A stretch of DNA of 64,000 bases from Rhodospirillales bacterium. Lineage in GTDB: Bacteria > Pseudomonadota > Alphaproteobacteria > Rhodospirillales > Magnetospirillaceae. The position numbers were made by a program, and so were the translations under genes. Where the stretch lies: positions 30,277 through 94,276 of the forward strand of contig JACFNC010000008.1 in assembly GCA_019455065.1 (NCBI GenBank), in the 5' to 3' direction. A model generated the notes under the pieces. That model ran no database searches. It was not told the origin of the DNA and saw nothing but the letters and a program-made list of their open reading frames with translations. Below are positions 10,629 through 20,333 of the stretch, in pieces (position 1 is the stretch's first letter; each line of letters starts with the position of its first letter).

Positions 10629-12152
10629 CTACCCGGCGGCCCCGGGCGCGTCGTGGGCGGACCGCAGCCGCACCTCCTTGAGGAACAGGATCACGACGAA
10701 GGTCAGCGCCGCCATGCCGGCGGCGGCCAGGAACAGGCCGTCGAACGAGGCGCCGAAGGCGGCGACCACCGCATCGCGCGCCGCCGCGGGCAGCATGCGG
10801 ATGGCCTCCGGCCCCTGGTCAATGACGCTGCCGAGGTCGAGGCCGGCGGCCGCGGCCATGTCGGTGCGCAACCCGCGCTCCGCCCCCGAAGCCAGGATGG
10901 TGCCGAACAGGGCAATGCCGAGCGAGGCCCCGAGCGAGCGGAAGAATCCCACCGCCGAAGTGGCGGCACCCAGGTCGCGGCGCTCCACCACGTTCTGGAC
11001 GACGATCATCGTCACCGGCATCACCGTGCCCGCGCCCACCCCGATCACCCCCAGGACGAACAGATAGGGGAGCTCACCGAGGGATTCGGCCAGCGCCAGG
11101 GTCGCGTAGCCGCCCCCGGCCAGGATCATGCCCAGCAGGGGCCATGGCTTGTACCGGCCGGTGCGGGTCACCAGCCGGCCGCTCGTGGTGCCGCCCACCA
11201 CCACCCCCATCATCAGGGGCAGCATGAACAGGCCGGATCGCCCCGCGCCCACCTCGCGCACCAGTTGGAGGTGCAGCGGCATGAACACGATGCCCACGAA
11301 CATCACGGCGGCACCGAGCGTGGCGCCCAGGCTGCACACCGCGACGATCGGCGACCGGAACAGGCGTGGCGGGAGGATTGGCTCGGAGGCGCGCAGCTCC
11401 TGCAAAACGAGCAGAACAAGCAGGACGACCGCCGTGCCGACGAGGCCGAGAATGACCGGAGAGGTCCAGGCATAGGCCCGGCCACCCCAGGTCAGGGCCA
11501 GCAGCAGGCAGACGATGGCGCCGACCATCAGCGCGGCGCCCGGATAGTCGATCTCCAGTCCCTGCCGCCGCTTGGCAAGTCTGGCCAGGGCGCGGCTTAT
11601 CATCGCGTAGGCGGCAAGGCCGATCGGCACGTTGATCAGGAAAATCAGGCGCCACGACAGGTATTCCGCCAGGAACCCGCCGAGCACCGGGCCGGTGACG
11701 CTGGAGACGGCGAACACCCCGGCGATGTAGCCCTGGTAGCGGCCGCGTTCGCGGGGGGCCACGACGTCGGCGATCACGGTGAAGGCCAGCACCATCAGGC
11801 CGCCGCCGCCGATGCCCTGCAATCCCCGGAACAGGACGAGCTGGGTCATCGACTGCGCCGACCCGCAAAACACGGACCCGACCACGAAGATGGCCACCGC
11901 CGCCTGCATCGGCCGCTTGCGCCCGTAAAGGTCGCTCATCTTGCCGAACAGCGGCGCGGTCGCCGTCGAGGTCAGCAGATAGGCCGTCACCACCCAGGAC
12001 AGCCCTTCGAGCCGGCCGAAATTGCTGGCGATGGTGGGCAGCGCCGTGGCGACGATGGTCTGGTCCAGCGCCGCCATGAACATGCACAGGACCACGCCGC
12101 TGAGGACGGTTAGGATTTCGCGGTGCGTGAAGGTCTCGGGCTGGGGTTGCAT
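10629..12152 (-). CDS. MFS transporter, DHA2 (EmrB/QacA-like, 14-TMS) family
   Basis: 507 aa with MFMAALDQTIVATALPTI and GKMSDLYGRKR motifs and about 14 hydrophobic segments. Confidence 0.88.
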   Translation of the reverse strand: MQPQPETFTHREILTVLSGVVLCMFMAALDQTIVATALPTIASNFGRLEGLSWVVTAYLLTSTATAPLFGKMSDLYGRKRPMQAAVAIFVVGSVFCGSAQSMTQLVLFRGLQGIGGGGLMVLAFTVIADVVAPRERGRYQGYIAGVFAVSSVTGPVLGGFLAEYLSWRLIFLINVPIGLAAYAMISRALARLAKRRQGLEIDYPGAALMVGAIVCLLLALTWGGRAYAWTSPVILGLVGTAVVLLVLLVLQELRASEPILPPRLFRSPIVAVCSLGATLGAAVMFVGIVFMPLHLQLVREVGAGRSGLFMLPLMMGVVVGGTTSGRLVTRTGRYKPWPLLGMILAGGGYATLALAESLGELPYLFVLGVIGVGAGTVMPVTMIVVQNVVERRDLGAATSAVGFFRSLGASLGIALFGTILASGAERGLRTDMAAAAGLDLGSVIDQGPEAIRMLPAAARDAVVAAFGASFDGLFLAAAGMAALTFVVILFLKEVRLRSAHDAPGAAG

Positions 12153-12238
12153 GGCCGCACGTTAGCCGCGAGCGCCACGGCAGGCCAGAGCCTCGTTCGC
12201 AACCCCGGCATTCGCCCTGCGCGGCAGGCCGCACGGCC

Positions 12239-13174
12239 TCAGCCGCGGGCGCCCCGCTCGATGGTCAGCGGGCGCCGCCGGCCGCCGTGCACAACAAGCT
12301 CGACGACATCCGGCCGGGCGTAGTGACCGGCCGAATCGACGACCATCTTCATGTCCACGATCCGGTTGAAATCGAGATCGGCATAGAGGATCGCCTCGCC
12401 CCCGGTTTCCGGGCCGGCAAGATAGTCGCCCCGCGGCCCGAGAATGGCCGAATGGCCGCCCCCCGGCTGCAGGGTCGCGAGCTTGCCGCCTTCGCCCATC
12501 GCCGCAATGGCGGCTTCCGTCAGCACCGCCGTCACGCTGATCACGAAGCACTGCGCCTCGAAGGCGTAGTGGCGGGTGGCGGCGTCGATGATGCCGTTGA
12601 TGCCCGGCAGGCCGCCGGGCCAGCACGCGACGTGAATCTCCTCGCCCTGAGCCTGAATGGCGTAACGATAGAGCGGGTTCGAATGCTCGTAGCAGATCAG
12701 CCCGCCCAGCCGTCCGATCGGAGTCTCGAAGAGCGCCAGATCGGCCCCGTCACCGCGGCCCCAGACCATTCGCTCGTGGCTGGTCGGCATCAGCTTGCGG
12801 CGGCGCCCGAAGATCTCGCCGTTCGGGCCGATGAACAGTTGGCTGTTGAACAGGGTGCCGCCTTCCCGCTCGTTGATGCCGACGACCGAATACACTCCCG
12901 CCTCGCGGCAGGCGGCGCACAGCCGGTCGCTGGCCGGCGACGGCACGGCGACCGCGTTGTGGAACAAGCGGCGATTGAGGGCGTTGATCGACACCGGCTC
13001 GAGGAACATCGCCCAGTACGGATAGCCGGGTACGATACTTTCAGGAAACGCCACCAGTTCGGCGCCCGCCCTTCCCGCCTCTCTTATGACGTCACAAACC
13101 TTGTCGATGGTGGCGTCGCGATCGAGCATCACCGGCGCGATCTGTGCCGCCGCCACCCTGACCGTCGCTGGCAT
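12239..13174 (-). CDS. Nitrilase / carbon-nitrogen hydrolase
   Basis: VAAAQIAPV start, FPESIVPGYPYW with the catalytic Glu, RRKLMPT with the Lys, and ICYEHSNPL with the Cys. Start taken at MPATVRV (13174). Confidence 0.85.
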   Translation of the reverse strand: MPATVRVAAAQIAPVMLDRDATIDKVCDVIREAGRAGAELVAFPESIVPGYPYWAMFLEPVSINALNRRLFHNAVAVPSPASDRLCAACREAGVYSVVGINEREGGTLFNSQLFIGPNGEIFGRRRKLMPTSHERMVWGRGDGADLALFETPIGRLGGLICYEHSNPLYRYAIQAQGEEIHVACWPGGLPGINGIIDAATRHYAFEAQCFVISVTAVLTEAAIAAMGEGGKLATLQPGGGHSAILGPRGDYLAGPETGGEAILYADLDFNRIVDMKMVVDSAGHYARPDVVELVVHGGRRRPLTIERGARG

Positions 13175-13329
13175 GAGCGCCTCCTGTCGCTGCGCACGCC
13201 GGGTGCTGCCGGCCCGGTGAATCCGAAGATGGGATGGGCGTCGGTCGACGGCCATCAGCAATGTGAAGCAGGCGCCGGGCGAGCGGCCTATGCCGAATGG
13301 ATTCCCGAAAAGCCTTGCATCGAGCGAAA

Positions 13330-13345
13330 ATATGCATTTGCATAT
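13330..13345. promoter_or_regulatory. Perfect inverted repeat ATATGCA-TT-TGCATAT in the nitrilase/iorA divergent region
   Basis: 16-nt palindrome 22 nt upstream of the GGGAGG SD of iorA. Candidate operator, for example for the operon-terminal MarR. Confidence 0.35.
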
Positions 13346-13367
13346 ATTCCCGACGGGAGGAAGCCGA

Positions 13368-15488
13368 GTGGAACGTTCCTACGCCAAGGAAATCGCCCTA
13401 CTGCGCTTGGGCGAGGGCGAGATGTTCGAGGGCGAGGGCATTCTCGCCATCGCCAAGGGCCTGTTGCAGGCCGGGGTCAGCTATGTCGGCGGCTACCAGG
13501 GCGCGCCGGTGTCCCACCTCATGGACGTTTTCGCCGACGCACGCGGCCTGCTGGGCGAGCTCGGCGTGCATTTCGAGTCCTGTGCCAACGAGGCCGCCGC
13601 CGCCGCCCTCCTGGGCGCCTCGATCAATTACCCCCTCCGCGGCGCCGCCGTGTGGAAATCGACCGTCGGCACCAATGTTGCCTCCGACGCCTTGTCCAAT
13701 CTGGCGTCGGCCGGGGTGGTCGGCGGCACCGTCATCATCCTCGGCGAGGACTACGGCCAGGGCGCCAGCATCATCCAGGAGCGCACCCACGCCTTCGCCA
13801 TGAAGTCGCAGATGTGGCTGATCGACCCGCGGCCCGATCACGCCCGGTTCGTCGACCTCATCGACGAGGCCTTCGCCCTGTCCGAGGCGTCGAGCACGCC
13901 GGTCATGATGGAATTCCGGATCCGCGCCTGCCACATGCACGGGCGCTTCGCCTGCAAGGACAACCGGCCTCCGGCCGTCTCGCACCACAGCCCGCTGCGC
14001 GAACCGGTCTACGATTACGGACGCATCTGCCTGCCGCCCTCCACCTATGCGCAGGAAAAGCACAAGATCGAGGTCCGGCTCCCGGCCGCGCTCGATTTCA
14101 TCCGAAAACGCGGGCTCAACGAGATCTTCCCGGGCAGACACGACGACATCGGCATCGTCGTACAGGGCGGCCTGTACAACACCGTGGTTCGCGCCCTCCA
14201 GCAACTGGACCTGGCCGACGCCTTCGGCGGAACCGACGTGCCGATCATGGTCCTCAACGTCACCTACCCCCTGGTCCCCGACGAGGTAAGCGATTTCTGC
14301 GCGGGCAAGCGCGCCGTCCTGCTCGTCGAGGAAGGCCAGCCCGACTACCTGGAACAGGCGCTGAACGCGATCCTGCGGCGGGCCGGCAGCGACACCGCGG
14401 TGGTCGGCAAGGCGGTGCTGCCGATGGCCGGCGAATACACCGCCGAGGCGGTGCTGACCGGGGTGGTTCGGTTCCTGGAGGGGAGCCTGCCCAAGGGCGT
14501 CGACCTTACCGCCGCCATCCGGGTGCTCGACCGCGTGGTCGCCGCCAAGTCGCGGGCCGCCGATCTGATTTCGGGCGAGTTGCCGCGCCGACCGCCCGGC
14601 TTCTGCACCGGCTGCCCCGAGCGCCCGGTGTTCAGCGCCATGAAGCTGGTGGAACGCGAGGTCGGCAAGGTGCACGTCTCGGCGGACATCGGATGCCACA
14701 GCTTCTCGACGCTCGAGCCGTTCAACCTGGGCAACACGATCCTGGGCTACGGCCTGGGGCTGTCGGGCGCGCCGGGGGTGGGGGCGAACTTCGACCGCCG
14801 GGTGGTCAGCGTCATGGGCGACGGCGGGTTCTGGCACAACGGGCTGACCTCGGGCGTTGCCGGGGCGGTGTTCAATGACACCGACGGCGTGCTGCTGATC
14901 GTCGAGAACGGCTACACCTCGGCCACCGGCCAGCAGCACATTCCCTCGTCGGAGGCGCGCCGCGACCGTTCACCCGTGTCGATCGAACGTGCGGTGCGGG
15001 CCATGGGGGTGCGGTGGGTGCGCACCGCGCGCAGCTACGATCTTGGCCGCATGCGGAAAATCCTGCGCGAGGCCATGACGACGGCGGAAAAGGGACTGAA
15101 GGTGATCGTCGCGCGCGGCGAATGCCAGCTCGCCCGCCAGCGCCGCATCAAGCCGCTGACCCGCCGGCGACTCGCCGCCGGCCAGCGCGTGGTGAGGACG
15201 CGCTACGGGGTCGACGAGAGCGTATGCACCGGCGATCATTCCTGCATCCGCTTGTCGGGCTGTCCTTCGCTCACCCTCAAGGACAATCCCGACCCGCTGC
15301 GGCGCGATCCCATCGCGCACGTCAACGACGACTGCGTCGGCTGCGGCCTGTGCGGCGAGGTCGCCGACGCGGCGCGCCTGTGCCCGTCGTTCTATCGCGC
15401 CGACGTCATCCGCAATCCGGGCTGGTGGGACCGGCTGCGCGACGGCCTCCGGAACCGGCTGGTTCCGGCCCTGCGGGGGGTGGAATGA
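13368..15488 (+). CDS. iorA: Indolepyruvate/arylpyruvate ferredoxin oxidoreductase, alpha subunit
   Basis: The GTG 13368 start has GGGAGG upstream. TPP-binding region GDGGFWHNG and C-terminal ferredoxin-like CVGCGLCGE motif. Confidence 0.85.
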   Translation: MERSYAKEIALLRLGEGEMFEGEGILAIAKGLLQAGVSYVGGYQGAPVSHLMDVFADARGLLGELGVHFESCANEAAAAALLGASINYPLRGAAVWKSTVGTNVASDALSNLASAGVVGGTVIILGEDYGQGASIIQERTHAFAMKSQMWLIDPRPDHARFVDLIDEAFALSEASSTPVMMEFRIRACHMHGRFACKDNRPPAVSHHSPLREPVYDYGRICLPPSTYAQEKHKIEVRLPAALDFIRKRGLNEIFPGRHDDIGIVVQGGLYNTVVRALQQLDLADAFGGTDVPIMVLNVTYPLVPDEVSDFCAGKRAVLLVEEGQPDYLEQALNAILRRAGSDTAVVGKAVLPMAGEYTAEAVLTGVVRFLEGSLPKGVDLTAAIRVLDRVVAAKSRAADLISGELPRRPPGFCTGCPERPVFSAMKLVEREVGKVHVSADIGCHSFSTLEPFNLGNTILGYGLGLSGAPGVGANFDRRVVSVMGDGGFWHNGLTSGVAGAVFNDTDGVLLIVENGYTSATGQQHIPSSEARRDRSPVSIERAVRAMGVRWVRTARSYDLGRMRKILREAMTTAEKGLKVIVARGECQLARQRRIKPLTRRRLAAGQRVVRTRYGVDESVCTGDHSCIRLSGCPSLTLKDNPDPLRRDPIAHVNDDCVGCGLCGEVADAARLCPSFYRADVIRNPGWWDRLRDGLRNRLVPALRGVE

Positions 15489-17011
15489 CCGGCGACCGCC
15501 CGATCGGCGTTCTGATCGCCGCCCTCGGCGGCGAGGGTGGCGGCGTGCTCACCGACTGGATCGTGCGCGCGGCGATGCGCAGCGACCTGCCGGTGCAGAG
15601 CTCCTCGCTTCCCGGCGTCGCCCAGCGCACCGGCGCCACCACCTATTACGTCGAGATCTTTCCCCGCACCCACCGTGCGTTGGAAGGGCGGCGGCCGGTG
15701 CTCGGCCTCTATCCGGTCGCCGGCGCCATCGACCTCATGATCGCCACCGAACTGCTCGAGGCGGGGCGGGCGATGCGCGAGGGTTTCGTGTCGCCCGAGC
15801 GCACCACCCTCGTCGCCGCCACGCACCGCGTCTACGCCACCGTCGAGAAGATGGCCATGGGGGACGGCCGGGCCGCCGCCGAGCCCATCCTCGATGCGGC
15901 GCGCCGCATGCCGGCCACCGCCATCCTGTTCGATCCCGGCGCCGACGACCGGGCGCGGTCCCTTCCCCTAAACGCCATCATGCTCGGCGCCGCGGCGGGC
16001 AGCGGCACCCTGCCCATTCCCGAGGACGCCTTCGCCCAGTCGATCCGCGACAGCGGCATCGCCGTCGAGGCCAATCTCGCGGGCTTCGACCTAGGCCTCC
16101 GGCTGGCCCGGGGCGAGGTGGTGCTGGCGGCGCCGAAGTCCCCCGCGCCAACCGAAGCGGTGGCCGAGGGCTGGCCAGCCGATCTGGCCGCGGCACTCGA
16201 TGGCCTGCCGGGGTTCATGAGCGACCTCGCGGCCGCCGGCGTCCGGCGCCTGGTCAATTACCAGGACGCGGACTACGCCCGCCTCTACCTGGCGCGCCTT
16301 TCGCGGCTGGCGGCCGAGGTGCGGGATCAGGCGGCGTTGCGCGAGGCCGCCCGCCACCTCGCCCTGTGGATGGCCTATGACGACATCGTGCGCGTCGCCG
16401 ACCTGAAAAGCCGTCCCGACCGCTATCGCCGTGTGCGCGACGAGGTGGGGGCCAAGGCGGGCGAACCGGTGCGCGTGGTCGAGCATTTCTCGCCCGGCGT
16501 CGAGGAGGTGAGCGCGCTGCTCACCCCGGCCCTCGGGAAGCGGCTCTTTGCCTGGGCCGAGCGACGCAACCTGCTCGACCGCCTGTCGATCTCGCTGCAC
16601 GTCGAAAGCACGTCGCTGAGCGGCTATTGGCGCCTGCGGCTGCTGGCCGGCCTGCGGCGGTGGCGGCGGCGAACGTGGCGCTTCGCCGAGGAACAGGCCC
16701 TGATCGAACGCTGGCTGGGGGCAATCGGCGCCGCCGCCGAAAAGCATCCGCGCCTCGCCCGCGAGGTCGCCGAATGCGCCCGTCTGGTGAAGGGCTACGG
16801 CGACACCCACCGGCGGGGGCACGGAAACCTGCTGCGCATCCTCGATGCCGTCGCGGCCGGCCGGCTGGATGCCGACGGCGTTGCGCGCGCCCGCGAGGCG
16901 GCCTTGGCAGATCCCGATGGCAAGGCCATCGGCAGGGTGCTCGACCAACGAGCGAATTCGGTAACGTTTTCAACCAATCCCGCCGCAAGGCGGGAGCCAC
17001 AGGGAGGGTAG
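15485..17011 (+). CDS. iorB: Indolepyruvate ferredoxin oxidoreductase, beta subunit
   Basis: ATGA start/stop overlap with iorA. N-terminus IGVLIAALGGEGGGVLTDWI is typical of the IorB gamma-like domain. Confidence 0.82.
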   Translation: MTGDRPIGVLIAALGGEGGGVLTDWIVRAAMRSDLPVQSSSLPGVAQRTGATTYYVEIFPRTHRALEGRRPVLGLYPVAGAIDLMIATELLEAGRAMREGFVSPERTTLVAATHRVYATVEKMAMGDGRAAAEPILDAARRMPATAILFDPGADDRARSLPLNAIMLGAAAGSGTLPIPEDAFAQSIRDSGIAVEANLAGFDLGLRLARGEVVLAAPKSPAPTEAVAEGWPADLAAALDGLPGFMSDLAAAGVRRLVNYQDADYARLYLARLSRLAAEVRDQAALREAARHLALWMAYDDIVRVADLKSRPDRYRRVRDEVGAKAGEPVRVVEHFSPGVEEVSALLTPALGKRLFAWAERRNLLDRLSISLHVESTSLSGYWRLRLLAGLRRWRRRTWRFAEEQALIERWLGAIGAAAEKHPRLAREVAECARLVKGYGDTHRRGHGNLLRILDAVAAGRLDADGVARAREAALADPDGKAIGRVLDQRANSVTFSTNPAARREPQGG

Positions 17012-17012
17012 C

Positions 17013-17975
17013 ATGAGATTCAAAGTGGTCGCGTCGTTGCTGGCGCTGGGTATCGGCATGGCGGGGGCGGCGCACGCCGCCGAGGTCACGCTGCGCGGGG
17101 TCAACGCGTTCCAGGAGGGAACCGCCTTCGCCAAGCCCTTCGAGGACTTCATCGGCAAGGTCAACGAGGACGGCAAAGGCCTGATTCGCATCAATTACAT
17201 CGGCGGACCGCGCGCCATGCCGCCCTTCGAGGTGGGCAACGCGGTCAAGACCGGCGTGGTCGACATCGGCAACGTGACCAGCGCCTTCTACACCAACCTG
17301 ATGCCCGAGGCGGAGTCGCTGAAGCTCGCCACGCGCACCATCCAGGAACAGCGCAAGAACGGCGCCTGGGAATTCCTCAACGACCTCCACGTCAAGCGCA
17401 TGAACGCCTATTACCTCGCCCGCACCGGCGACGGCGTGCCCTTTCACCTCTATCTCAACAAGCCGATCGACAAGCCCGATCTCAAGGGGCTGACCATCCG
17501 GGTCACCCCCATCTACCGGGCGTTCTTCGCCGATCTCGGCGCCAATCTGGTGCAGACGGCCCCCGGCGAGGTTTACACGGCGCTCGAGCGCGGCGTAGTC
17601 GACGGCTATGGCTGGCCGGTCCAGGGCATCTTCGATCTGGGTTGGCAGGAGCGCACGAAGTTCCGCGTCGATCCCGGCTTCTATCAGGTTGACGTCAACA
17701 TCCTGGTGAACAACGATGTCTGGAAGAAGCTGACCGACGAACAGCGGGCCGTGCTGACCAAGACCGCCGCCTGGGTCGAGGAGCGCAACGCCCTCAACGC
17801 CGGCATCAACGCCAAGGAGATGGAGCGGCAGGCGGCGGCGGGGCTGAAGACCATCACCTTCGCCGGCGCCGAAAAGGAGCAGTGGCTGAAGGCCGCCGCC
17901 GAGGCGGGCTGGGCGTATGTCAAGAAGATCGCGCCCGACAACGCCGACAAGCTGCGCAGCCTGTTGGCCGACTGA
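17013..17975 (+). CDS. TRAP transporter substrate-binding protein (DctP family)
   Basis: Signal peptide ending AHAAE. Motifs GLTIRVTP, EVYTALERGVVDG and DVWKKLTDEQR. Confidence 0.85.
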   Translation: MRFKVVASLLALGIGMAGAAHAAEVTLRGVNAFQEGTAFAKPFEDFIGKVNEDGKGLIRINYIGGPRAMPPFEVGNAVKTGVVDIGNVTSAFYTNLMPEAESLKLATRTIQEQRKNGAWEFLNDLHVKRMNAYYLARTGDGVPFHLYLNKPIDKPDLKGLTIRVTPIYRAFFADLGANLVQTAPGEVYTALERGVVDGYGWPVQGIFDLGWQERTKFRVDPGFYQVDVNILVNNDVWKKLTDEQRAVLTKTAAWVEERNALNAGINAKEMERQAAAGLKTITFAGAEKEQWLKAAAEAGWAYVKKIAPDNADKLRSLLAD

Positions 17976-18030
17976 CGACCGGGGCCGCGCCCGCCCGGTT
18001 GCGGGCGCGGCCTTCGCGCATGGGGGGGAC

Positions 18031-18516
18031 ATGCGAGCATACGCGCTGATTCTCGACGCCTTCGGCCTGCTCGCCGGGCTGGGCTACGCCACGGCGGCGG
18101 CGGTGACCGCGATCGACGTGGTGTTGCGCAACAGCGGCGGCGACAGCATTCGCGGGCTGGTCGACCTCATCGAATACGGCCTGTTCGCCAGCACCTTCCT
18201 CGCCGCCCCCTGGGTCCTTTACAAGAGCGCCCACGTGCGCGTGGATTTCGTCGTCGACGCCCTGCCCAGAGCCGCGCGCGGCGCGGCCGGGCTGCTGACC
18301 AACCTGGCCGGCCTGGGCATCGCCCTGGTCATGCTTTACTACTCGGTGCGCGTGACCCTGCAGGCCCGCGAACAGGGCTATCTGGTGCTGAAGAGCGTGG
18401 TGTTTCCCGAATGGTGGGCGCTTGCGGTCATTCCCGTCGCCAGCGCCATGCTGGCCGTCGAGTTCGGCCGCCGCCTGTTCGCCGCCGCCCAGCCGGGCGG
18501 CAGGGCCGAACTTTGA
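18031..18516 (+). CDS. TRAP transporter small permease (DctQ family)
   Basis: 161-aa, four-TM protein between the DctP and DctM genes. ATG 18031. Confidence 0.72.
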   Translation: MRAYALILDAFGLLAGLGYATAAAVTAIDVVLRNSGGDSIRGLVDLIEYGLFASTFLAAPWVLYKSAHVRVDFVVDALPRAARGAAGLLTNLAGLGIALVMLYYSVRVTLQAREQGYLVLKSVVFPEWWALAVIPVASAMLAVEFGRRLFAAAQPGGRAEL

Positions 18517-18531
18517 CGGAGGGCGGCGGCG

Positions 18532-19848
18532 ATGGAATGGCATGAGGCGCTGATCCTGCTGCTCGGCCTGCTGTGCGGCCTGCTGGTTTTCGGGCTGCCG
18601 GTCGCCTTCGCCTTCTTCGCGGTCAACATCGTGGGCGCCGTCGTCTTCCTGGGCGGGGGACCGGGTCTCGAGCAGATGATCCGCAATTCGCTCACAGCGC
18701 TCACCAACTACTCGCTGGCGCCCATCCCGCTGTTCATCCTGATGGGCGAGATCCTGCTGCATTCGGGCGTGGCGTTCCGCGCCATCAACGCCATCGAGAA
18801 GCTGATCGCCAAGGTCCCCGGCCGCATGCCCATCGTGTCGGTGGCGGGGGGCACCGTGTTCGCCGCCCTGTCCGGGTCGTCGATGGCCAACACCGCGATG
18901 CTGGGCAGCGCCCTGCTGCCCGACATGCTGCGCAAGGGCTACGATCCCCGGCTGGCGATGGGGCCGATCATGGCCACCGGCGGCATCGCAATGCTGATTC
19001 CGCCCTCGGCGCTGGCGGTGCTGCTCGGCAGCCTGGCGGGAATTTCGATTTCGGGACTGCTGATCGCCGGCATCCTGCCGGCGCTCGCCCTGGCGGTCCT
19101 GTTCGTCGGCTATATCGTCGGCCGCTGCCTGCTCGACCCGAGTCTGGCGCCCACCGAGGACGCGCCGGCGGAGCGCGGATGGTCGCGCATCCTTCCCTTC
19201 GTGCGCGACGTCCTGCCGCTGTCGATCATCTTTCTGGCGGTGGTCGGCAGCCTGGTGGCCGGCTTGGCGACCCCGACCGAGTCGGCGGCCCTCGGCTGCG
19301 TCGCCTCGGCGGCGGCCACCATCGGCTACGGCTCCTTCGACCGCAACAAGATGACCGTCGCGCTGCTGGAAACCGCCAAGGTCAGCGTGATGATCCTGTT
19401 CATCATCGTCGCCTCGGTGACCTTCGCCCAGATTCTTGCCTTCTCGGGCGCCACCGACGGCCTCATACGGCTGGTCACCGGCTTCGAACTGACGCCGCTG
19501 GCGGTGCTGGTGGCGATGGTGCTGCTGCTGCTGTTCCTCGGCTGCTTCGTCGATCAGGTGAGCATGCTGATGATCACCGTGCCCTTCTTCATCCCGCTGG
19601 CGCGCAGCGTGGGCATCGACCCCCTGTGGCTGGGGGTGATCTATCTGCTGAGCATGGAGATCGCCTTCCTTACCCCGCCCTTCGGCCTGTTGCTGTTCGT
19701 GATGAAGGGGGTGGCCCCGCCCGGCATCACCCTGGCCGACGTCTACCGCGCCGCCCTGCCGTTCCTCTTGCTCGAACTGCTGGTGCTGGCGGCGGTGGTG
19801 GCGGTGCCCGAATTCGGCACTTGGCTGCCCACGCAGATGGTCCGATGA
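18532..19848 (+). CDS. TRAP transporter large permease (DctM family)
   Basis: 438-aa polytopic protein with IPLFILMGEIL and FFIPLA motifs. Confidence 0.9.
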   Translation: MEWHEALILLLGLLCGLLVFGLPVAFAFFAVNIVGAVVFLGGGPGLEQMIRNSLTALTNYSLAPIPLFILMGEILLHSGVAFRAINAIEKLIAKVPGRMPIVSVAGGTVFAALSGSSMANTAMLGSALLPDMLRKGYDPRLAMGPIMATGGIAMLIPPSALAVLLGSLAGISISGLLIAGILPALALAVLFVGYIVGRCLLDPSLAPTEDAPAERGWSRILPFVRDVLPLSIIFLAVVGSLVAGLATPTESAALGCVASAAATIGYGSFDRNKMTVALLETAKVSVMILFIIVASVTFAQILAFSGATDGLIRLVTGFELTPLAVLVAMVLLLLFLGCFVDQVSMLMITVPFFIPLARSVGIDPLWLGVIYLLSMEIAFLTPPFGLLLFVMKGVAPPGITLADVYRAALPFLLLELLVLAAVVAVPEFGTWLPTQMVR

Positions 19849-20327
19849 CGGCGCCCGACGATCCCGGCGACGAGCGGCCCCTCGAGGAGCTACTACCCTA
19901 CCTGATGAACAGGCTGGTGAACCGCCTGAACCGGAACCTGTCGGCCCGCCTTCGCCGCGAGGGTCTGACGTTTCAGCACTGGCGCGTGCTTCTGGTCCTG
20001 GCGACGCGGGGGCCGCGCAACCTGTCGGAGCTGGCCGAGGACACGCTGATACCGCAATCGACGCTGAGCCGTCTGGTGATGCGCATGGCCGAGGACGGCC
20101 ATCTGCGCCGCGAGGTCGACGGCGACGATTCGCGGGTGCTCAACGTCGATATCGAGCCGAAGGGGCGGGAGGCCTTCGACCGCGCCTATCCGCTCGGCCT
20201 CGACGAGTACCGCAGCGCGGTGGCGTTGCTCAGCCCCGAGGAGGAGCGCCTGTTCGCCGGGCTGCTGACGCGCATGGTGCAGCGCGTGTGCGGCAGCGTC
20301 ACCCCAATCGACCGCCGCAAGCGCTGA
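19845..20327 (+). CDS. MarR family transcriptional regulator
   Basis: ATGA overlap with the dctM stop. GLTFQHWRVLLVL ... LSELAEDTLIPQSTLSRLVMRMAEDGHL winged helix. Confidence 0.85.
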   Translation: MTAPDDPGDERPLEELLPYLMNRLVNRLNRNLSARLRREGLTFQHWRVLLVLATRGPRNLSELAEDTLIPQSTLSRLVMRMAEDGHLRREVDGDDSRVLNVDIEPKGREAFDRAYPLGLDEYRSAVALLSPEEERLFAGLLTRMVQRVCGSVTPIDRRKR

Positions 20328-20333
20328 TCCCGT

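Noticed and set aside
9042-12152. Genomic island integrated at tRNA-Ala
   Set aside because: The region after the tRNA is locally AT-richer and carries accessory-type genes. However, I found no integrase, no direct repeat of the tRNA 3' end and no mobility genes.
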